Below, in pieces: positions 10,601 to 20,441 of a DNA stretch of 37,065 nt (its first letter is position 1; every line of letters begins with the position of its first letter). Origin of the DNA: Anthoceros angustus (taxonomy: Eukaryota > Plantae > Anthocerotophyta). The notes beneath the pieces are model-generated. The model made no database searches. It was not told the DNA's origin and saw only the letters and a program-made list of their open reading frames with translations. Location of the stretch: contig VJWM01000364.1 of the NCBI GenBank assembly GCA_010909165.1, positions 1-37,065 of the forward strand, written 5' to 3'. A program made the position numbers and the translations under genes.

Positions 10601-13137
10601 TCAACATTCCTATCTAGCTAGTCAACACACCCTCTGGGTTGACAAGCATTTATCCTCCTCTAAAGAAAAGTCTCCCCAAGCAATGAGCCCACACTCCAAG
10701 CTACCACCAACCCCTTCAATTACCTCTAGATGTCTCGCGTCGCCGCACGGTGATCCCCGGATGTAGGGCCACCTCTACACCTCCTACGGACGTGGGGTCA
10801 ACTTCTTATGGCCCTACCGCCTCCACTCTCCTTGCAAGAAGGTCTCCGTGGCGGATCTTGCTCCATGCCTTCCTCTTCCTCCTCCGAGTCATCCTCTCGG
10901 CCTTCCATCATCGGATGTGTTGGGCTGTCCGGCTCCTGCAGCCTCCACCTAGCTCAAGCATCCTCCTTCTCCTAGCAACCAACTTGCCCTTCTTAGGTGC
11001 GCTTTCACCATCTTGTACCTTCAAAATAAGCGCACAAACAAGACAAGCTTGGGCACCCCATGCTCGTTTCCACCTAGTTGTCACCTCGGTGTCTACACAC
11101 AATTGCGAGATTTCTTCACTCGCCATAAAATCCACCAAGAGAGCAACTTCAGCCCTTTTCCACTTACTTCCTCTTCACTCCACAGTCCCACCTAGCTCAA
11201 ACTTGATCCTCACCGGCCACAACTCCTTATGCCCAAATCCCTCACTTGCAAGGTCCTAGGCACAAAAATTCAGCGCTGCCCTCTTCACCTTGTGCTTCAA
11301 ATCCCTTCACACACAACTCCTTATGCACACCTCCTTCTCCTTGCACACACATGGGCAGCGTTCTCACCAAGTCCTTGCTCTAGCTTTCCTTTGCATGCAT
11401 GCACAAGCTCTTAGTGCAATTCCTCGCAGCTTCCTAGGTGCCACTCCCTACACACCCGCTTGCATGGCCACACCCTACACTACCTACCCCACATATTTAT
11501 GTGCTATTATTCCTAATATATCCTATTTATCCACAACCTTGCCTGTAGCCTCTTTAGCAACTTCCTAGGTTTGTACTGCCTTATCACACTTGCTTCCCAA
11601 GTATCCAAGTAGCTTTGTATCCAAGTAGGGTTATGCACCCCCCCCACGTGGGAGACCTCACCACTCCCTACGGTGGAGACACTCTCATCCTACCTATCTA
11701 CCTACCTAACTAATGCGTGAGAGCCACCTACCCTACATCCTACCCATGTGGGGCCACACACTGGTCACCCTACACTACCCGCATCTCATCCCCTACTTGT
11801 TCCCTTGTATCCCTACTTGTTCCCTACCCTACCCCGGTAGGGAGACGGTCCGTGGACACGCGCCCTACCCATCCCTACGCACCGTCTACCCACATACATG
11901 TAGGGACCCCTGCCTACCATGTGGGTCCCCCTTGTTACCCTCATACTACCTTAACTGTGGGACCCTCACTCACCTCTCCACGTCCACTACCCTACACCTT
12001 CTCCTCGTGGGGCCCTATCGCCCTACACCCCTCACTCGCGTAGGGGTGCACCTCCCTCACGTAGGAGTGCCATGCCCCTACGTCCTGCCACCCTACACCT
12101 ACTCGTGGGGTGCACCACCAAACACTCTCCCAATTAGCTCATAAACTTGAAATATAACCTCACACAAAGGCCCCATCCGTCTTGATCCACCCCTAGGGCG
12201 CTTAACTCTGGAGTTCTTACATTCCATTGTCCAACACACCAAATTGGCTTGCATAACACTCATCAAGAATAAAATGAACTTATTCCCGGTGAACTCCTCA
12301 CGCCTCAACAACATCTCGTCAACCCTCCTTGCTATCCCATTCTCCTCGCGGCCACCAGCCTCCCTTCACTTTGACTTGCAGCCCCCCGCAAATTCCGCCC
12401 GTCATGATGCACCCGTTGTGATCCCTTCACCATGTTGCACCCGCAACACCGCCTTCCTATGGTTTGGCCACACCTCCATCTTGCAGCCCATCTACAAATT
12501 CAGCACGTGAGTGCTACCATGGCCTTTCCTAGTTCAACACACGGCCCTATCATGCCATCCTCCCATCGTGACTCCATTAAGAGCACTTCCATGTGCCTCG
12601 GCCATGGCCTCCTCTTGCAACCCTTGTGGCTGCTCACCCTCAACATGAGCTCCTCGCTCCCATCCTTGCATTCTTGCTCCTCTCTCGCATCTTGAGCTCC
12701 CAACCTAGAGCCCCACGCAGATCCACAATTCCACCATTACGGGCACTTGGCCCATCTTCCTGCAGCAACCCTTGCCACACATCTCTACCTAGTCCTCCTT
12801 CAGCAAAATCTCAGCAATATGAGCACACGCCCATGTCTCACTTCTTCCCACACATGTGGCAAATTACTTTGCCTTCCCTCAAACTTGGTGGTGGTCCCCA
12901 ATAATCGGGCCTTTGCCTCTGCAAGCCTATCAACGACTGCTTGTGCAGCAACCTCAAGCTACTTCCTTGGCTTAATTGCCTTCACCTCTACTCCTCATTC
13001 TCCAACAAATTGCCTCAAGATCTTGACAATTCTCTTCCACTTCACTTCAATTCTCTCCGTTCGCCCTCTGCTCTAGTTTTGCTCTAGTTTGATCCTTTTG
13101 ATCCAAAAAGTAGGAGTGTAAACTTTCATATTCCCTG
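7671..13137 (-). mobile_element. Duplicated copy of the Athila-like element (partial 3' LTR 7671-8034, PPT 8035-8047, internal 8035-9365, PBS 9345-9361, 5' LTR 9366-13137)
   Basis: Near-identical to 1021-6495. Confidence 0.9.
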
Positions 13138-15490
13138 CTGACTGTCCCACGATCGCCAATAATATGTCAGAATTTGGCGAAGAAGATGCCTCCTACGGTA
13201 GGATAGCGGGCGTTTGTGAGGCTTTCGAAACACGTCTCCACGCCTCCTCACTAGGATGGACCAGTCGATCCGCCGATTTTCTTTTGCGCATCTTTCCTCC
13301 TACGCCTTCCGAGAGGGCATCCTATGGCTCCGAACAATGGCACTATAAAGTCGCATTTCTCATAATGCTGTACGGTATGCCGTAGTTGGGAGAGGCTCTC
13401 AAAAGGCGGCATTCTTGAATCACATGGGGACTCACGGTTAAGCTCATCATACCACGGCAAAGCGGGTTCCGTCACGAAGTAGGAAGAGAGAGAGATCCCA
13501 CATTTGATTATGCTGGAGGCGAGTTACATGGTTACCTAGGTCGAGTTCCAAAGTGTGTAAGAGCCGAGGATCCACCCCACCTCGGGTACTCACAAAACAA
13601 GCAGACTTGGATTGGTTTTGTAGTGGATTGTCCCAAATGGAAGAGTGCTTTGAGGGCAGCGGAGACTAAGACACCATTTGGAGCCATTCGATTAGCTAAG
13701 GAATGGGGATATACTGCCAGCGAGTTGGGAGAAGGAGGAAGAAGTTTCGGCGAAGCCATAAGAAGAGGAAGGGATCGAGGGCAATCGAGGCTCCTCGTCT
13801 TTGTTTTGCACTCTACTCGGCTACGTCACCTTCATCCTCATCAAGTGAGGCGGTATGTACTGAAAGCTCCACCATCGGACTGAGGGAATCGAGTGCAGGG
13901 AGGCATCGGCATGCGGCGACATGAGAAAGGACTTGGAGAGGTCATCGGGGAGGCGGAGGGCGGAGCAGCGTTGGAGAAAGGAGAGGAAAGCGGCTAGCTC
14001 GTCGAGATGGAGGAAGGGAGAAAAAGCGATGCGCCCATAGGAGGCGGAATTGCAAGACAAGTGGGCTCTTAACGAAGATTGACCAGGGCTTCAAGGTGTG
14101 GAACATAAAAAGTTTTGGGCACTCCTAACTTTTTTGGATCAAAGGGATCAAACTAGAGCAAAACTAGGCGGTGAAGCAAGCGGGAGAGAAGTGAGTAGAG
14201 TGAAAGAGTTGTCGGAAGATCTTGGGCAATTTGTTTGGAGAATGAGGAGTAGAGGTGAAGGCAATTAAGCCAAGAGTAGCTTGAGGTTCTTTGCTGGCGG
14301 TGTTGATGAGCTGCGGAGGCAAGGCACGATTATTGGGGCCATCACCTAGTTTTAAGGAAGGCAAAGTAATTTGCCACCGTGTGGAAAGTGAGACACGGAG
14401 TGCTCACGTTGCTGAGATTTTGCACGATGGGGACTGCTGGGCGTAGAGTGTGTGGCAGGGTTGCTGCGGGAAGATGGGCAGTGCGTAATGGTGGGTGCCA
14501 AGATGCATTGAGGCTCTCGGTTGGGAGCTCGGCATGCGAGAGGGAGGCGACAATTGGTGCAAGGATGGGGCGAGGAGCTCATGTTCGGTGAGCAGCCACA
14601 AGGGTTACTTTGAGGAGGCCATGGCGGTCTGGGGGCACGTGGAAGTGCTCTCAATGGGTCGATGTGAGGATGGCGTGATAGGGTCGTGTGTTGAACTAGG
14701 AAAGGCCGTGTGGAGGCACTCCACAAGCTGAATTTGTGGCTGGGCTACAAGATGGAGGTGTATGGCCCAAACCATAGGAAGCGGGCGTTGGTGGGGCTGC
14801 AACATGGTGAAGGGATCTGTGAGAATGTGCATCATGGCGGAATTTGCGGTGGGGCTGCAAGTCAAAGTGAAGAGGAGGCGATGTGTGGTGGCGAGGAGAA
14901 ATGGATAGCAAGGAGGTTGAGTAGGGCGAGATGCGTGTCATAAAGGGGGGCGAGATGCAAGTATGAGGGTGACGGTGGCCCTACATGGGTAGGATGTTGG
15001 TACGGGGACTCCCTACAGTGAGGCAACTAGGTAGGTGTTTGGGCAGGTAGGTAGATGAGTCACATGAGAGTGTCTCCTCGTGGTGGTGGTCGTGAGGGTG
15101 GGTCGACACCCTACATATATGGGTGCAGCAGGGCAGCAAGCTTTCGGATAAGCCGGTACATGGAATGCTTAAAAAACATATGCAAGGTTGTGGATAAATA
15201 AATTATATTAGGAATAATAGAACATAAATATGTGGGGTAGGTAGTGTAGGGTGCTTTTAACAAGTGCCTCTAAGCGGAGGTCCCGGTGGAAATGAATACT
15301 GTATGGCGAGTGGGAATCAGCAGCTATGTCAAGGTTTCACTATCACTGCAAAGGGGGCCATGCAAGCGGGGGTGATGCAAGCCGGGGTGTGTGTAGGGAG
15401 TGGCACCTGGAGCTTCACGAGGTGGGGAAGAGCTTGTGCATGCCTGCAAGGGAACTAGAGGAGGACTTGGTGAGCCCTCCCATGTGTGCG

Positions 15491-18400
15491 TGTGGTAAGG
15501 AAAACCCGAGGGCACTCCGGGTCCTCCATTATAAGCGGCCACACTTATCCTTTGTCGCTTGTCGTTGGGTTTCGTCCCATGAGACTTGTGTGAAAGTTCG
15601 AGGTCTTGTGATCAACTGCGGAGACACAACTTCTCCTTCTAACAAGCAGGCGCCCTCTACTCTCCCTCTTACTGTGCACCACTTGCCTTGAAAATCGCCA
15701 ATCCTCGACCTACAGACACAACACAATTGCGGGTCCACCGCCTTAGCGAGCCTATCACGGGCGCCAGGACCCCCGATCCACAGCGATTTCGTCCCTACTT
15801 CTAAGACCACTCTTCTCCACTCGGGCGCTCTTTTGCAGTTGGGATTCGTCCCTTAGGCTCTGCACACACCTTGTCCTACACTCTAATCCTCTACTCATCT
15901 TCTCATCCTCTTCCTCCTATTCTAACCTCGATTCGGGCTTCTGGTTTGACTCGCCCTTACGGCTGGCACAGGGTCGGCCTCCACCGCAAGTTCTTCCTTG
16001 GGCGGTTGCTATGAGTTTGACACCACAGCGAGAACCTCGAGTCTTTCCACGTGGTCTACCCTCAAGCCGAGTGTTCACAGGCATTTGCCACACACCCAAA
16101 GCAAAGCAATTTCACAACAACCATTCACAAGAGCAACTCGTTTAGGCACTTGCGTGAGCAAGTCCTCCACCAAACACTCCGACCACCGCGACTTCCTCTC
16201 TAGACTGCGTTGGCTCACGGTACACGAAATTCTCTGTAATGGCAAAGGACTCGATGAGGGTGGGCGCAAGACATGATACTTTACTTTGTGAAATCCTCCT
16301 CCTCTTATAGGAGGCCTTCCACATACAACCTCCCTTAGGTGACCCTCTGCAGGTCACCTTTTCCAATTCTATTATTTCCTACACTTGACATTTCGGCACC
16401 TAAATCTATTGTCTTGGTAAATTCTATTCTAGTAACTTCACCTAAGATCATCCTTAAAGGATGTCGGCTACCACCTATCCTTCCCATTCTCCAGCTCATT
16501 TATGGTCATTGACCATTCTAGTCCTTATCTTTGGGGTGGCGACGTCCCTTGTGGATTGGCTCCCTCGCCCTCCTTTTGCTCTTGCCCTTCCCGGATCTTG
16601 TCGCTTCCTAGTGTGGGGCAAGTACAATGCCCCTTCCTCCATCTCGGGCGGCGCCTGATTCCTCTTCATCGCGCCCCCCCTCCGCGCTAGGCGCCTTTCT
16701 CCAGCCTCGCGCTGGTCGCGCCCGTTCATCGCACCCTACGCGGTAGTGGCGGACGGGGTGGACCTACCATGGTGATCGGCCTATCTCCTTCTTTTCTCCG
16801 CCGGGTGCCTCTTGGGTTGGATCTTCATTGCTCCTTCCTCTTGTTTGATTTGTCCATACCTATCATGGATTCTTCAAAGAGTCTTCCCCCCAATTGTCGG
16901 ATGTCTAACTCTCCGGGCCCTTTTGCGTTGTCTCCTCTCTCGGCCTTCCCTATCGTGGGCGGGAACTTCTCACCCCTCCCTTCCTCGGGTGACCCGTCTT
17001 AGTCTCCTCAGGGGTTGTCTCCCCACCACCTCTGCTCCTCAGGGGTATACTCGGACCCGGCTCCTTCATCCTCGGCCGGGCCTTCGGCCCGACTCCCAAG
17101 CTCTGCGCCCGGCACCCTACCCGTGTCAGCGGACTGGCGCGTGTGGTCTACCGCGGTAGTGGCGGACTACCGTGGTGGGTCACCAGTGGTGGTTGACCCC
17201 CGAGGTGGGCTGTCCCCCTCCTTGCTCTCGCGCCATCTTCCACCTTGGCGCTCTGGCCGCTCCCCATCTCGACTCCTCAGTTCCTCGAGTCCATTTCGTG
17301 ATGGCCTCATCAAAATCGGAGGCCTCACGGCTGCACTTTTGCGCTCCTTCATCATCATCATGAGGACCCAATGTCCTCCTCTTGGCCAAGCAAGACTCAT
17401 TGTTGGCCTTCAAAATCTATTGTGGAGGTGAGCCCCAAGCTATGATATTGCATTTGGAGATCATCAATCTCTCGTGGGCCACTCTCCATCCTCACACCTA
17501 CCTTTGTAGGCGTCCCTTGGTGGTCAATTCCCCCACCTTGACATGGAGGTCACATTCTCCTCCCTCACTTCCCATGGTTGGCCATTTTGCGAAGGGCATA
17601 GTCCTTAAAATCTCTTCCTCACCACCGGCATCACACCACCTTCTTGTGGTGCTCCTCCTCTTGGAACCTCCTTTGTTCCAGTCTGCTTGGCAAGCCTCCT
17701 CTCCTTGCCAAGCACTCTTTCGCTCCTTGGTCTTGTTTTCCAGCTCCTCTTCCAAATTACGGGTCCTTCTCAATTCCTCTTCCATGTCCGGATTTTGATG
17801 GCTTGGGTAGCCATCACTGCTCTTCTTGGCGTCCAATTCTTTGGACGCTTTCTTCTCCCCGAGCCTGTTTGCCCTTTCGCTCTTGCTCTAATTGGGCAAA
17901 ATGCTCCTCCGCCTTTGCCTCCATGAATCCTTGGGTTGTTGCGAATGGCTCTCTCTTGATGCGACAACCTTCCCTCTAGGACCTTCTCGCTCTCATGGTG
18001 AGTCGTTGAGCTTCTCCTGCCTTTTCTCGTCGGACTCCATGGCCTCCAATTGCCACTTGGTCCACCGCCTCCTCCGGCCATGTCTTGGGCTTTCACTTCC
18101 TCTTGGCATGCCCACAAGGAGGCTGCTAGTCCCTCCCCTTCAAATCCACGGTGAGTGCTTCACAAGCACTCAATTCTCCTAGGGGTCCCAATTCTTCCTT
18201 TCTTCTTTGGAAATTTCCAGCTCCTCTCGGCCATCGCGGCCGGTCCCTCACGTCGCTCCATCCATCCCTCCTCCCAGCGCGGAGATGGTGGCCTTGGCGC
18301 GCCCGCGGCGCCTCGCTGCTTCTCCTTCCCTTCCACCGTAGGCTGCACCTGGCGTGGGGTGCCTGCCAGCGGTGGGGCTGCTCCCCCCCGGTGATGCGCC

Positions 18401-20441
18401 CTACCCATGGTGGGCCCTGGTGGTCCCACCCCTTGGGTGGCCTCAGGTAGGTGTGAGTGCCTCTCTAGGCACAAAAGGAGATGGTGGGGACTCCCCACCC
18501 TTGTCACCCCTCCACAGTGTAGTCCTTCTCTCATAGACTACCATTCGGCCTTCCTCGGCGGTTCTTCTCTCCTCCTTGCTTGCTCTGTGGGGAAAGATTC
18601 CCACTCCGGCAACCTTGTTGCCTCCACATCCTCCTTGCCCTAGCATGCTTGTGGAGGTCGACCTCCATCTTCCTCAATGCAAAGGCAAAGGCCTTTCCAA
18701 CTCGGTGGAGATGGATGACCTCAAAGGGATGCCAAGCATCTTCAAGCTCCTTGCTTGTGAGAAGTCCCTCGGTTTCCCACAAATGCACCAAATAGGTGCT
18801 AAGGTAGCAAGGCCTTGGCCTTCCTCATCCATTTGGCTTGAGGAGCTTCTCGGTGGTGGATGTAGGCCTTCATACATGATGGTTCCCCAATCGGCTTGGC
18901 TCCATGGAAATCTTCCACAAAAATTGGAGGAAGTTGGTCTTTGAAATAAGAGTCGTTGGTAATTTACCAACACAATCTTTGAAGAGCCTCCACTTGACTC
19001 CTTGATGCTCTCGGTCTTCCACCATTCTTGGCGTGGGCCTTCACTCCTCCATCCATCATGTCGAGGAACTCTGCGGGAATATCGGAGAGGGCATCCTCTT
19101 CCCTCCATTCGACCTTTCGAGAGCAATTCAGCTCTCCTCCTCCGGTCTCCATACACACAGCCGAATGCTCCGGTCCAGTGCGAGGATCCGTTCGAGCATT
19201 CCTTCGTGTGCAGGCGCTTCCGATTGATGGAGGTTGATGTAACACTCCTCAATCAATTCCAAATTGGTGTAGGCCCATTGGCGGCCATACACCCATCAAT
19301 TGGATGTTCTCCTCCTCGCCGAAATCACTAAATCCACAGGGTTGCTGCCAAAGCACGTGAATTGGGGCATCAGCTCACTCTCACGGCGGCTAGCCTCTGC
19401 TCTTTCCTTTCCTTCGCGAGGAGAGCCTTTGCTGGCGGCTCCTTCCCTTGCCTTCCTCGAGGCATGGTGGCGTCTTCCTTCAAGTGTTTCAAAGGAATTA
19501 CTTCCTCAATTGGTGCTCCCAAACTTCTCTTCAAACACTTCTCCTTGGGGTAGCAACCACACTTCACAGCACGTTAGCCACAGCCCAGTCTTTCAGTGCG
19601 GCCCTCCTCCCGTTGTCCTTCTTCCTGGCGCGCCGATTATTCGCGCTCTTCACGCCTTCAATTCTGACCACTTCCGTGCTTGCTTCCTTGGCGCTCGCTC
19701 CACTTTCTCTCCTGTTCGGTGCGGCGCTCTCCCACTGCTGCCTCCGCTTTCCTTCTTCGCTCACCGCCTCGCTGGGTTCTCTCCTTCGATGGCGCCGCGC
19801 CGCCCCTCCTCTCGGCTTGCTGTGGCGATGGCGGCCTCTCTTCTTGATATGGCGGTCTTCCGCCTTTTCGTTCACGTTCGCGGCTCCAGCTCTTGTTCTT
19901 CGCGAAGTGGAGAAGCGCTGCCCAAAACTGCACTTTGCCCTCCTTAGATGTCTGCCACCTGGCGGCTGCACAACCCTAGATTGGGTTCATCATTCCAAAA
20001 TCCTAATTCTATCTAAACTACCTATTTTCCTATCCTGCCCGCTATCCCTAATTAACCGCTTTCTAATTACTCTATATATTTATTCCCCTATTGGTGAGCA
20101 TATATAGTGGATATCCCCCCTCTATTCTAAATTTCCTTTTGGCGAGATTGTCACCTACCGGTGATGCGACTTACGCGGTGATGCGCTCCCTTCTCACCTA
20201 CCGGCGTGGTGTGGCGACCTACGGGTGATACCTACCGACCTTTGGACGCCCTCACCGCCTCGTGCAGGGGTCGTTTGACCCATTCTTCTTCACGGGATAT
20301 CCTCTTCATCTTCCTAACAATATCCTACAACTCTAGCTTCAAGATTCTCGAATTTCTGGCATGCTCCTCTTCAATCGTTCTAGCCAAAAAAATCAAACTT
20401 GTTTCTCTCTTTGGGCTGGTTGCCCAAACTTTCGTTCCACC
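15491..20441 (-). mobile_element. Nested solo LTR of sister family (LTR-B, ~4.95 kb)
   Basis: Left end tgtggtaaggaaaacccgaggg matches the LTR-A end tgtgggaggaaaacccgggg. Right end tgcccaaactttcgttccac matches tgcccaaactttcatattccaca. The host LTR resumes seamlessly after it. Imperfect TSD gtgcg/gtgtg. 15950-16450 is homologous to 3464-3950. Confidence 0.8.
17300..19930 (-). pseudogene. Long frameshifted gene inside LTR-B (variant B): basic N-terminus, conserved core, coiled-coil C-terminus
   Basis: Stitched frames give WVYGRQWAYTNLELIEECYIN (~19234-19295), DIPAEFLDMMDGGVKAHAKNG, DWGTIMYE, GQGLATLAPIWCICGKP, LTSKELEDAWHPF and DMEEELRRTRNLEEELENK. These are conserved at amino-acid level with the copies at 33169-34230 and 34380-36717. 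Boundaries are approximate. Confidence 0.7.

Larger units (their letters stand above)
1021..14312 (+). repeat. Near-identical tandem duplication, units 1021-7670 (6650 bp) and 7671-14312 (6642 bp)
   Basis: gccacacatctctacctagc restarts at 7671, and both units end ...ggtgttgatgagct. Differences are mostly small indels, and the junction has TGC microhomology. Confidence 0.95.

Noticed and set aside
199-13076. Many plus-strand Pro/Ser/Leu/His-rich ORFs (e.g. 4169-4621, 5074-5505, 5953-6435, 9304-9846)
   Set aside because: They are antisense shadows of a C-rich strand and repeat arrays, their frames change between near-identical copies, and they have no recognisable domains.
11340-15490. Foldback/Mutator DNA transposon with long TIRs, or a DIRS-type element
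   Set aside because: The arms are LTRs from independent insertions (one has its own CAAGG TSD), and no transposase or tyrosine recombinase motif is seen.
17300-19930. Calling the LTR-borne gene env or a true transposase
   Set aside because: No signal peptide, clear transmembrane segment or DDE triad is visible, and the family resemblance is by eye only.
19300-20107. Longest ORFs in the track (215 aa and 219 aa, plus strand)
   Set aside because: They are antisense to the purine-rich, basic N-terminal part of the LTR-borne gene, are low-complexity, and have no equivalent long ORF in the 32900-33800 copy.
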